Virus record (IMG/VR): IMGVR_UViG_3300021602_000007
Span: 3,179-67,178 of that record
From: a virus
DNA length: 64,000 bases
Strand: one strand, 5' to 3'
The position numbers were made by a program, and so were the translations under genes. Below, one piece after another: positions 32,301 to 40,686 of this stretch (position 1 is the stretch's first letter; the number at the start of each line of letters is the position of its first letter). Under the pieces are notes generated by a model, which saw nothing but the letters and a program-made list of their open reading frames with translations, had not been told where the DNA came from and made no database searches.

Positions 32301-34068
32301 CATCTCTATTATATTTATTTACATTTCTAAGAATTCCCTTTCCAACAATAGAACTATTTGTACTTCTATTTCCTCTTATAATTTTAAATCCTACAACATC
32401 ATCCTTCTGCTCGGTAGTAAGTAATGAAGAATTGATAAGAGATGCAACTTGTGCTATATCAATATTTACACCAATAGGAAATATAGCATCATTACCCATC
32501 ACCATAGAACTAGGAGATGAGAATATCTTTGATTCATATATAGGACTTACAAGAACATCTGGAAACTTATGATGTCTAATTTTCTGTCCTGCTAAATCTC
32601 CCCACAAAGTTTCATTACAGGGATATTCTTCTGTTGATTCCCAATATGCAAATTGTCCATATTGATAAGGTCCTTTGTATGTTGGATCAGTTGAATATTC
32701 TGGAGAAGTTCCTGTTACAGAAGCTGTATTATATATTTCCCAATAAGGACTATATCCTATACCACCTTGAGTATATGAAGGAGCTCCAATAAAATCAGGA
32801 TCTGCTTCTGCAATAGGAAGTCTATTTTCAGATTGACCCATCACTCTTCCTGGAATATGAAAACCATCTGTCTGCTTACCATTCTTTAATAAGAATACTA
32901 TCTCAAATGCATACACTTCATCTCGTAGATATCCTCTAAGATTTGTAGCATTTAATTCATTTGAATAATTCTCTGTTGCAGGTATTCTCCAACTTTCCCA
33001 TTGAAAAGTAATTTGACTAGCAATACTTTGATAGTTAAGTCTATCTATAGATGTAAGTTGATCCCATACAAGAATATCTTGCACTGCTGTTAAATCTTGT
33101 GCAATATCGTAATAAGGATACTTTTCAAATATATCAGCCATTGCCAATGATATAGTGGCAACATTTTGTCCTGTGTATGTTATTTGTCTTTGTGCAGATT
33201 CAATTGAATATGTTCCCAATAGTTCTACAGAACTTGCACCATTGATTGTTTTTATTACAGCAATATTAAAATACTGAAAGTATCCTGAAACATCAAGATT
33301 ACTTACATCAATAATAATAGACCTTCCAACAGGATAATTAAAATTAACTGATGTAATAAAAGGATCTGCAATAGGAGTGGGATTGGTAACAGAATAGAAT
33401 GATGTATATGCATTACCTGCAGCATCAGAATACTGTACAGCAAACTGATAAGTACCAGCAATTAAATCACCAACATTAACAACATCAGCTATTGTTAATT
33501 CAGGAATTGGAAAATTAGGTTGTAGTTTAAGAGCATTACAATTAAGATCGTCTGTATATACAGGACTACATAATGCACTTCCTGATCTTAACACCTTTGG
33601 AATATTATCTATATCTAAATATCTTCTTGGATTACATCCATCTGTCCAATATATCTCTGTAGTGCAATTGGTTATTTTATGTACAGCTTTATGTATTGGA
33701 TGGTTAATATTGAAATTTAAACATGGAGCATTGATCAGCACTCTATATATACAATCATTATTATCCATATATCCAATCTGACTATCTCCTGTTGTAGAAC
33801 TAGTAATAAAGAATATATGTTTATTTTTTTCAACAATAAAATGTGTACCAATTAAAACATATCCCTGTGGAAAATTAACACATAGTTCATTACCCACCTC
33901 ATTCTGGTAGTTAATAGAACTAGCATCAAAGTTTTCAACAGCAGCATTTAATGCATATGTCAAGGCACCCTTCTTAATTTGATTAAGAGTTTGGTCTTGA
34001 TTTAATCCAACTGTAGCATTATTATACTCTTGTTTTATATTGCCTTGTTGTTGTTCCTGATCAGCCAT
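29338..34068 (-). CDS. tail nozzle/muzzle (tail stabilisation, P22 gp10-like) protein, N-terminal part, 1576 aa
   Basis: Beta-rich sequence; YWTDG.N.RR, RGYLRDEVY, GGDTFI, WISFHSY motifs recalled from crAss-like tail stabilisation proteins; position after the ring and IHF-like genes. Confidence 0.75.
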   Translation of the reverse strand: MADQEQQQGNIKQEYNNATVGLNQDQTLNQIKKGALTYALNAAVENFDASSINYQNEVGNELCVNFPQGYVLIGTHFIVEKNKHIFFITSSTTGDSQIGYMDNNDCIYRVLINAPCLNFNINHPIHKAVHKITNCTTEIYWTDGCNPRRYLDIDNIPKVLRSGSALCSPVYTDDLNCNALKLQPNFPIPELTIADVVNVGDLIAGTYQFAVQYSDAAGNAYTSFYSVTNPTPIADPFITSVNFNYPVGRSIIIDVSNLDVSGYFQYFNIAVIKTINGASSVELLGTYSIESAQRQITYTGQNVATISLAMADIFEKYPYYDIAQDLTAVQDILVWDQLTSIDRLNYQSIASQITFQWESWRIPATENYSNELNATNLRGYLRDEVYAFEIVFLLKNGKQTDGFHIPGRVMGQSENRLPIAEADPDFIGAPSYTQGGIGYSPYWEIYNTASVTGTSPEYSTDPTYKGPYQYGQFAYWESTEEYPCNETLWGDLAGQKIRHHKFPDVLVSPIYESKIFSSPSSMVMGNDAIFPIGVNIDIAQVASLINSSLLTTEQKDDVVGFKIIRGNRSTNSSIVGKGILRNVNKYNRDDQEFYFPNYPYNDLNADPFLTQTNNAYIDQCIVFNIDITKLVQDFSGGKDYAIVQYTNCNTNKSTTLKLYELGVTEICSITKPIILDPATGVVSYADYVNWLIWNDYTENTITVAFIDPVLGYVEIPVIPQIPDAGFISETVKAIVGSIPTEISSSNGLHKEYLNLVTSNKTCNVTIPLQPVSNDLRNRQIFNSPETSFGQPFLGTILKLESVMFGTGKAHFTEVRNNAKYRLLTEKAQRLALDSSNTLGNITSPNFSAQAMFAAYQSYLTIYINGITRKNFAYSFNSIADYNYGAEIPNDLGIKQRNLELARYLIPSMEAVGDDLVVNNYQRESSIYLKTDSDKPYLPFPDKTISLAPGGTSIVSDHSRFTISGSDNCGTPARETPIQVVSYYASLKNQVVNQWGQIYSYQTVDTGFQKTLNSGTSTTIFGGDTFISRFAFKTKLPFFIDNRVDAPDDSDIFYDEIGNVAYPKYWHSARSILKDYTSSGGLLSNIISYKAHNFDCPNDGIITTGTTTTSLTTSTTTTAAPGTATSSNTLMYYDGYFYMFAYGVPSFYCESSYNLDLRQAIDNRAGDFWPHVSSSIPDDWVQQHFVPIAQDNTYNYNTTFSKQNKENSFSHLPPDWESNHCFTNFPFRTIYSEKQVTDASNRVNNWLTYLPISYYDFPQNYGKLTSLDGIQNKAILARFENKSLMYNNLLTIDTSNPQAAYVGNPRMFENPPIDFAETDLGYVGSQNKFLLKIPQGQVTIDAKRGQIFLLDTDMYGRPKANDLTGFGSGMNRFFTDHLAFEILRYFPEVDVDNNFAGIGLHGVYDSKFDRVIISKLDYIPLSKDIKYDAATRDFFLEETVNGFIIRTQVYLSDRNYFCNKSWTLSYHMNLKAWISFHSYIPNWYIAENNFFYSGLNGCCDDFEVIVATAADPCLLDGTIDCNIIITTTTTTTAPITTTSTSTSTSTSTSTSTTSSSTTTTTTTIDPCTLTGGIICNA

Positions 34069-34073
34069 AATTA

Positions 34074-35054
34074 TTAGTTATTACGTCTTCTACCATATCT
34101 ATTGGTATAGTTTGGCAATTCGTACATATTAAATCTATTTAGATCTTTTATGATTCTTCTTTGTTTAGCATACTGATCTTGTTTCTTTATCTCAATAGAT
34201 GCCATAATAAATGCCTCATCAGTGAGTTGCTTATAGTAAACAAGTTTCTGCTGTAACTGTTGAAAAGTTTCATCATTAGTTTGATTGGTTAATGTTTCAA
34301 ACACTTTATACTTAATGAATGATTCAACAAATTCTCTAATACGATAATTATCAGGAATCATTTGATTACCTGCAGCATCATAATCTGTAGAATAAAATAT
34401 TAAATGCACTGCTGCATTTCTAAAATTAGTTACAAACTTATTGTCCCTAATGTCAAATGAATCATATCCAGAATCTCCAGGAGCAAAGTTGTTTAATCCG
34501 TTGCCATTAGCACCAGAATATGCTTCCCAGTTATTAGTATAACTTACATCACAGTTTTGTTTTGCAGAGATGTTTCCTGGTTTAAGTAGATATTCTCTTT
34601 TATAAGACTTTACTAGATTTCTATTCGTCTTGTATACAGCTTGTATAAGATTAGGAAAACAACTACCATCACAATCAGGATTATGACATTCAGGATTACT
34701 ACAACCAGGACCATCTGTTGTGATAGGAGCAATTAGTATTGTTGTAGGATCATCAGTCTGTGAATAGAATGAGTTTGCAGATTGATATGGAAGAGAACTT
34801 ATTTCTGTACACATCCATGCTTCTCTTACAGCAAAGAAGTTATCAGGAAGTCTAGCTTGAAAATCTTCTATATTTAAAGTTTCTTCACTTATAACATATG
34901 AAGATCTTCCAAGTTTTCTAAGACATTTATCAACATATGTAGGAAACATAAGATCATCAACAGCACCTGTGTCAAAATAGCTCTTCAGCTCTTCCTTCAC
35001 TGTAGAGTATACAATCTCTGGTGATGTAAAATTATATTTATAATAGTATGCCAT
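34074..35054 (-). CDS. tail ring/connector-type structural protein
   Basis: Synteny between the IHF-like gene and the nozzle gene; GNQMIPDN motif; Cys-rich insert CSNPECHNPDCDGSC. Confidence 0.55.
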   Translation of the reverse strand: MAYYYKYNFTSPEIVYSTVKEELKSYFDTGAVDDLMFPTYVDKCLRKLGRSSYVISEETLNIEDFQARLPDNFFAVREAWMCTEISSLPYQSANSFYSQTDDPTTILIAPITTDGPGCSNPECHNPDCDGSCFPNLIQAVYKTNRNLVKSYKREYLLKPGNISAKQNCDVSYTNNWEAYSGANGNGLNNFAPGDSGYDSFDIRDNKFVTNFRNAAVHLIFYSTDYDAAGNQMIPDNYRIREFVESFIKYKVFETLTNQTNDETFQQLQQKLVYYKQLTDEAFIMASIEIKKQDQYAKQRRIIKDLNRFNMYELPNYTNRYGRRRNN

Positions 35055-35060
35055 AATTAT

Positions 35061-35537
35061 TTATTTTTGCCATTCGTTATAGATATGCTGATATTGGTCG
35101 TTAGTTGTTAGATAGTGCTTCAATAATCTAGAGGTTGTACGTGAAGCCTTGAAATAAAAAAGATCAGATTGTTTAAATCTAGCAGTCTTTTTAAACCATG
35201 TCCATCCAAAGAAGTATCCTTCTGTGTGGAAATTAAAATTATATATAATCTTTCCTTTTGCTTTTGTCTTCTGCCAATCAATAGGAAGGTTTACAAATTC
35301 CTTACCATCTATAAGCTTCATCTTTTTTCTCTTCTTCTTATTAATGGAAAACTCACCAAATCCAAAAGGTAGTTTTGCTTTTTCTCCAGTTTCAAGAATA
35401 TACTCCCTAAATGATTCATTAAAGGAATATATAATATTCTTCCACTGGTCAAATGTAACTGATATACTAGGATGACTTTTGCAGAAGTTATTGTAGTTAT
35501 CTTTACTAGAGGATCTCCAATCAACTGCTACTCTCAT
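35061..35537 (-). CDS. IHF/HU-like DNA-binding protein
   Basis: KLPFGFGEFSI signature; basic; PIDWQKT motif; conserved position in the crAss-like tail module. Confidence 0.7.
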   Translation of the reverse strand: MRVAVDWRSSSKDNYNNFCKSHPSISVTFDQWKNIIYSFNESFREYILETGEKAKLPFGFGEFSINKKKRKKMKLIDGKEFVNLPIDWQKTKAKGKIIYNFNFHTEGYFFGWTWFKKTARFKQSDLFYFKASRTTSRLLKHYLTTNDQYQHIYNEWQK

Positions 35538-36266
35538 CTATTTTAAGTTTGGTGCATTTGGTGCTTGACCATCAATACCATCTTCTGTTATATCTGTTTT
35601 AAGTCGGAAGTATGTAGCTAATAGTTTTTGAGAGGTAAGTTCCAACACTTGCTTTTCTAGGTACCCAGGAAGGGCAAATTCCTTGTCTAAAGGATTCTTG
35701 CACCATTCTTCATCTGTTACCTCTGCAGTGCCACAACCACAGTCAGGATACATAATACTATTTGGAATATCCTCTTCAAAGAATGCTACAAATCTTACAG
35801 CTTGTAAGAGAGGATTACTAACATATAAATAGCCATTTGATATCCAGAAATATTCTTCTTTTCTTATGATGGGAAGTTTTAGAAGATTAGCATAACGATT
35901 TACTGTTATCTCTTTTATCTTCTTTCCTCTACCACTCATTGCATTGATAGAATATACTCCTTGAATAACATATTGATAATTACCTTCAGATACACGAGGA
36001 AGCTTTTCTTTGCTTCTTGCAACACTACATGGATCTACATAATCACAACATTCTGATATAGAAACTTCCATCATTTCTAAACATGGAATAGTCGTAAATA
36101 ATGTATCAGTAGCCCAGAGCTTTCTGAGATTAGTCTCCCTCTTTATAAGAAGGAGAGAATCATTCCGTATCTCAGAAGCTATTGCTCTATCTGTGATAAG
36201 ACTATCCGTAGATAATATCTTATGCATAGAACGTACATCTGAAACTAATTTTCTTAATGTTGACAT
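35538..36266 (-). CDS. tail tubular/ring protein
   Basis: 242 aa; synteny in the crAss-like tail module; C..RSK..LP and NGYLY motifs. Confidence 0.6.
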   Translation of the reverse strand: MSTLRKLVSDVRSMHKILSTDSLITDRAIASEIRNDSLLLIKRETNLRKLWATDTLFTTIPCLEMMEVSISECCDYVDPCSVARSKEKLPRVSEGNYQYVIQGVYSINAMSGRGKKIKEITVNRYANLLKLPIIRKEEYFWISNGYLYVSNPLLQAVRFVAFFEEDIPNSIMYPDCGCGTAEVTDEEWCKNPLDKEFALPGYLEKQVLELTSQKLLATYFRLKTDITEDGIDGQAPNAPNLK

Positions 36267-37519
36267 TATAAATATTGTTTGAATATATTTGTTATCCCAT
36301 CAACCTTATCTATTAAAAATCCTGTCACTTCTGCTCTTGAGCATGTATAACCATTTTTGTCATCCCAAAGACTCTTTGCATTAGATAGAGCAGGAAGCTG
36401 ATAGAATTTAATTCCATTTAAATCAAGACTCACTTCGTGATGTCTGTCTCCTGTGAATATATAGAAGTTAGTATGCTTGGACCAACCTTCTCTAAATTCC
36501 ATAGGAAAGATAGATGCTAGTTTAGCTGGTTTTAGAACATCTCCATGATTAAACATTAATGCACTATTACCATATGATATATATTTTCTGTATTTAGGAC
36601 TTACGTTAAATGTGATTCTATCTGTAAATCTAAAATAACTCTCTAACCATTTGATCATATACCATCCTGCAAACTCATCATGATTACCTGAAATATATAC
36701 AACATCTACATTTTTTGCATTCTGTAGTAACATTGTAATTATTGCCACTTCATGATCACATATAAATTCAAAAGATTCATGATGTGAGTGAGTATTCTGT
36801 TGAGGAGTTCCTTTGGTAGTCATGTTTGTGAATTCACTATTGAACTCATCACTACCAATGATATATGTAATATTATCTAAGTTGTTTGATAGTCTTGCTT
36901 GGTTAACTATGATTTCTGTTTTATTTAGAATGTTAGCAAGTCTATCGTCTATATTATTATTACCATCTACATCAAATTTATTTAGATGGGAGTCTTGTTT
37001 ATTGATAACTAAATTACCAAATGCATTCTTAGTAAAGATTTTAGGACTTTCAACATCTTGAGATGTAGGAATATATACATTTAAAAATTCTATAAAACTA
37101 TTTTGAAAGAGTTGTTCTTCTTTCTTTGCTCCTAGCCAAGCTTTAACTTGCCAATGAGGAGTGCTTTTATTCCCCCAATAATTCTGTACATACTTTGTTA
37201 TTTCCCACTTCTCTGTATCTATCTTACACTTTATAATTAGCTCATCCAGAGATCTAATCTCTTCATTAGTATTAACTACTATTTCTCCTGTTCCTTTTTC
37301 AAGATCTTCAAAAAACTTTATTACACTAATTTCTAATTCATTAATATAATCTTCATCATCACTCTCAACATATTCTTTAGAGTCTTTATTTCTTAACTCA
37401 TTAAGTAGTTCTTCAACTTCAACTTCTGTGATTCCTAGCTTGTTAGCATAAAACTTTTTACTTTGTTTCCAACTAAGTAACTGCTCTAGCCGATTTAATA
37501 AATCTTGGTTTTCACTCAT
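36266..37519 (-). CDS. calcineurin-like metallophosphoesterase with N-terminal HTH-like region
   Basis: DSH, GSD, GNHD, HGD and GDRHH metal-binding motifs in canonical order. Confidence 0.8.
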   Translation of the reverse strand: MSENQDLLNRLEQLLSWKQSKKFYANKLGITEVEVEELLNELRNKDSKEYVESDDEDYINELEISVIKFFEDLEKGTGEIVVNTNEEIRSLDELIIKCKIDTEKWEITKYVQNYWGNKSTPHWQVKAWLGAKKEEQLFQNSFIEFLNVYIPTSQDVESPKIFTKNAFGNLVINKQDSHLNKFDVDGNNNIDDRLANILNKTEIIVNQARLSNNLDNITYIIGSDEFNSEFTNMTTKGTPQQNTHSHHESFEFICDHEVAIITMLLQNAKNVDVVYISGNHDEFAGWYMIKWLESYFRFTDRITFNVSPKYRKYISYGNSALMFNHGDVLKPAKLASIFPMEFREGWSKHTNFYIFTGDRHHEVSLDLNGIKFYQLPALSNAKSLWDDKNGYTCSRAEVTGFLIDKVDGITNIFKQYL

Positions 37520-37547
37520 ATTAAATGGAGTTAGTTAAAATTGAAGG

Positions 37548-37578
37548 TAAAGATATATTATCTTTTTATAATTTCAAA
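37548..37578 (-). promoter_or_regulatory. Bacteroidota sigmaA-type promoter
   Basis: Minus strand TTTG-N19-TATCTTTA, downstream of a terminator and upstream of the phosphoesterase/tail operon. Confidence 0.65.
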
Positions 37579-37602
37579 ATATTTTTAATTATCTACGTTA
37601 TC

Positions 37603-37627
37603 TATTATAACTAAATTAGTTATAATA
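37603..37627. promoter_or_regulatory. perfect 25-bp palindrome, candidate operator
   Basis: TATTATAACTAA-A-TTAGTTATAATA, between the terminator and the promoter. Confidence 0.5.
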
Positions 37628-37656
37628 AAAACTCCCCAGACTTTTGATCTGGGGAG
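37627..37656 (-). terminator. intrinsic terminator
   Basis: CTCCCCAGA-7nt-TCTGGGGAG followed by TTTTT on the minus strand. Confidence 0.8.
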
Positions 37657-37696
37657 ACATCTTAGGAAAACCAACAAACCTAAGACATTTTAATTA

Positions 37697-38761
37697 TTAA
37701 CATGGACCATCAAGAACTGTAAATGCAAGAGGGGTACTATCTATATATAGAGCTGAGAATGATTTTGTTCCACTTAGAATTACTTGTTCATTAACTGGAT
37801 ACCCATGACTATCCGTAATCGTTAAACATTTAGTACCTGAACTAACCAGAATATCATTTACTACTATTGTATAAGTTCCTGGAGGATTAGGAATAGTTAC
37901 TTCATATGTAGCAGATTCGCCTCCACTTATAGGAGAAGGATCCCCTCCCGTTTGAACAAATGTATATCCATTAACTGTCATACCTGATCCAAGTATTCCT
38001 CCAATTGAAATACCTGTTGCACCATTTGTAAGATTCATAGTAACTAAAGTACCTCCTGCAAATGTAGTAGTAGTAGTAGTAGTAATACAACTTGTATTAG
38101 AAGATAGATTACCAGTAGTGACTGCTATAGCTGCACTATAAGAAGCAATTCCACCAGATACTGCATTATATCCAATATATCCATCTCCTGGAGCATATGC
38201 AATTGTTAATGATGGATCTGTATAAAATCTAGGTATAGTTCCAATTGAATATATTCCACTATAGTAAGGAGTTACTCCTGGAGATGCTGCACAAGCTGCT
38301 CCTGAACTAAGTTGTAATGAAGTTAGATACCAAGTAAAATGTACTGGAATTGTAGTTGTTGTAGTTGTTGTAATTCCAGAACTAGTTGTTGTAGTACTAG
38401 TTGTACTACTAGTAGATGTACTGGTACTAGTAGATGTTGATGTACTTGTTGTACTTGTAGTGGTAGGACCAGGAGGAGCAGTGGTACTAGTAGTAGTAGA
38501 ACTACTTGTAGAAGTAGTAGTGGTAGTAGTGAGACACTGAAGAGCCAGAATTCCTCCTGGTGCACATGTATCATTTTGGGATCTCACTTCAAAATATTGA
38601 GTACCTACTGGTGGTGTAAATAAATAACCACCATGTGTTAATTCATATTTAGTTGGGGGATATCCCCACAATGTCCATGTTGAATTATCAGGACTTGTAT
38701 ATATATTTAAAGGATCACTTATACTAGATCCCACTGCTGTTAGTGTTATTATGACGGCCAT
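37697..38761 (-). CDS. putative virion decoration/adhesin protein (shared N-terminal module, Thr stalks, beta-rich domains)
   Basis: N-terminal module similar to ORFs at 27274 and 29334; two Thr/Ser tracts separating Cys-bounded beta-rich domains. Confidence 0.6.
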   Translation of the reverse strand: MAVIITLTAVGSSISDPLNIYTSPDNSTWTLWGYPPTKYELTHGGYLFTPPVGTQYFEVRSQNDTCAPGGILALQCLTTTTTTSTSSSTTTSTTAPPGPTTTSTTSTSTSTSTSTSTSSTTSTTTTSSGITTTTTTTIPVHFTWYLTSLQLSSGAACAASPGVTPYYSGIYSIGTIPRFYTDPSLTIAYAPGDGYIGYNAVSGGIASYSAAIAVTTGNLSSNTSCITTTTTTTFAGGTLVTMNLTNGATGISIGGILGSGMTVNGYTFVQTGGDPSPISGGESATYEVTIPNPPGTYTIVVNDILVSSGTKCLTITDSHGYPVNEQVILSGTKSFSALYIDSTPLAFTVLDGPC

Positions 38762-38779
38762 ATTTTTAGTTTTATATTG

Positions 38780-39121
38780 TTAACATATTATTCCAGCTGT
38801 AATTATACAATCTGGACAAACTATTTCACCTAGTAAAGTACATGGTGCTATTGTAGTGGTAGTAGTGGTTGTAGTGGAAGTTAAGTTAAATATTTCTTGT
38901 ATTAACTCACAAATCTGAGCATCTATCTTTTTTAGAGCTTCAGTTAATGTAGTACACGTAGTTACACCAGTACAAGGTAGATTAGGACCACTGTATATAA
39001 CAGCATCCGATTGTATTGGATCAGCAGAACATGAGTTAGAACCACACCCACATCCACAATTACTTGTTTTACCCAAATGAGCAAAGCTTCCAATAACATT
39101 ATATGTTCCTTGACAAGACAT
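38780..39121 (-). CDS. small Cys-rich fibre-associated protein with Thr stalk and two C-terminal Cys tags
   Basis: VIYSGPNLPCTGV module shared with the next ORF; ends TTTTTTTTIAPCTLLGEIVCPDCIITAGIIC. Confidence 0.6.
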   Translation of the reverse strand: MSCQGTYNVIGSFAHLGKTSNCGCGCGSNSCSADPIQSDAVIYSGPNLPCTGVTTCTTLTEALKKIDAQICELIQEIFNLTSTTTTTTTTIAPCTLLGEIVCPDCIITAGIIC

Positions 39122-39133
39122 AAATTATTTTAA

Positions 39134-40264
39134 TTAAGGAATATAGATAATATAATAACAAGCAATTACTGGTTGAATATTTGAATGTGACTCACTAGAT
39201 CCAGCATTAGCATTTATTGTATTTAAAGTAATAGTAACATCACTAGTTAGCCCTAGTGTAGATGGAGTATAACTACCCATTATTCTATATGAAGAATTGT
39301 CATTTGATTCATCTCTATATACAGGATATGTAGTATTAGTTAGGTATGGACTATTTCCTGTAATAACATCACTATTAAAAGAATAATGAGAATGTGTAAA
39401 AGGTGCAGTGGTAGCAGTATGTGTGTGAGTAGGCATTTGTGCAGGTTGCAATGTAATAGTATTAGCACCTGATATTCCAAATGAACTATATGTAGGATTT
39501 CCAGGAGTTGCTGGATTCACTATTGCATTAAATGTATTTGCACCCATGTCAGTTCTTCCAACAGGAACAACGCCTCTTAAGTCAGGAACTCCAGGATTAT
39601 TACCATTACATAAATATATATTCTTCCAAATAGTAGTATCAATTCCTTTACCTGTACTATCAAACTTTCCAGCAATATCTGGATCAAAGAATGGTACAGC
39701 TACATATGGAACCATTTTATTACTAATTAATGAATTAGGCTGATTTGCTAAAAACCAATCATTAATAATACTATCAATATCATCAAGTTTTACATATGTA
39801 CTAGGAAGACTATTACTAAGAGCACAAAAATCACTAATCACTGCTTGTAATACAGAATGTGTGCTATTAGCATCTATTGTTCCTGTAAGACATCCTGGTA
39901 GTGCATATATTGAATTTAATTCTGCTAGTGTATTATTAATTGTAGCCACATCTATTACAATAGCACTCACTTGCTCTTGAAGATCACAAGCTGATTTAAT
40001 AAGAGCTGTTGTATAATCTACAATAGTAAAATCTCCACAAGTGGGGAGATTATTTCTTACAAGATCACATATAGGAATATCAATGTGTGGTTTGATTCCT
40101 GTGCCATCTAATGCAGATTGTAAAAAAGTTATTAAAGATTGTTCAATTCTAGAAAGAGGATCACCATTCTGAATTCCCAAACTGGGAACATCTATCCCTG
40201 TATATCGAACACATTGATCTGAAACTATATCAACGCATCCATTAAAGCAATTAGAACATGCCAT
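39134..40264 (-). CDS. tail fibre protein with tail-collar-like domain
   Basis: LCNG..PDLRG..PVG, ITL...QMPTHTH and HSNIQPVIACYYII are phage tail collar/short fibre motifs; coiled-coil N-half. Confidence 0.75.
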   Translation of the reverse strand: MACSNCFNGCVDIVSDQCVRYTGIDVPSLGIQNGDPLSRIEQSLITFLQSALDGTGIKPHIDIPICDLVRNNLPTCGDFTIVDYTTALIKSACDLQEQVSAIVIDVATINNTLAELNSIYALPGCLTGTIDANSTHSVLQAVISDFCALSNSLPSTYVKLDDIDSIINDWFLANQPNSLISNKMVPYVAVPFFDPDIAGKFDSTGKGIDTTIWKNIYLCNGNNPGVPDLRGVVPVGRTDMGANTFNAIVNPATPGNPTYSSFGISGANTITLQPAQMPTHTHTATTAPFTHSHYSFNSDVITGNSPYLTNTTYPVYRDESNDNSSYRIMGSYTPSTLGLTSDVTITLNTINANAGSSESHSNIQPVIACYYIIYIP

Positions 40265-40295
40265 GATTTTTTTATTTTAATATATTGTATATAAA

Positions 40296-40676
40296 TTAAG
40301 TCACTGGAGTACAATCTATGTCCCCACATATAAAACATGGAGGAAGCGTTGTAGTGGTAGAAGTACTTGTATATCTAACTGTCATACAATCTGGATCACA
40401 TCCAGGAATACAGCCCACTGTAAGAAGGATCACCCTACTTGCAATTGCATTTAATGAATAGCAACCAGCATAATTAGGATTACAAACCCTATATGTTAAG
40501 ATTCTTTTATAATTTAATAGATCAAGTATAACAGTACCTGATATTGGTTGATTGAGTGAGAATATCGTATTGTTATAAAGATTCCTTGCCAGCTGATTCA
40601 GACTGCAGTCAATCCTTCTTAATAAAGAAGGAATAGAGGCACATTCTGGACAGTTTGTAAGTCTAGGTAATAACAT
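40296..40676 (-). CDS. Cys-rich structural protein (tail hub-like) with Thr stalk and Cys tag
   Basis: 126 aa within the structural operon; ends TSTSTTTTTLPPCFICGDIDC. Confidence 0.55.
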   Translation of the reverse strand: MLLPRLTNCPECASIPSLLRRIDCSLNQLARNLYNNTIFSLNQPISGTVILDLLNYKRILTYRVCNPNYAGCYSLNAIASRVILLTVGCIPGCDPDCMTVRYTSTSTTTTLPPCFICGDIDCTPVT

Positions 40677-40686
40677 TGCTTATATT

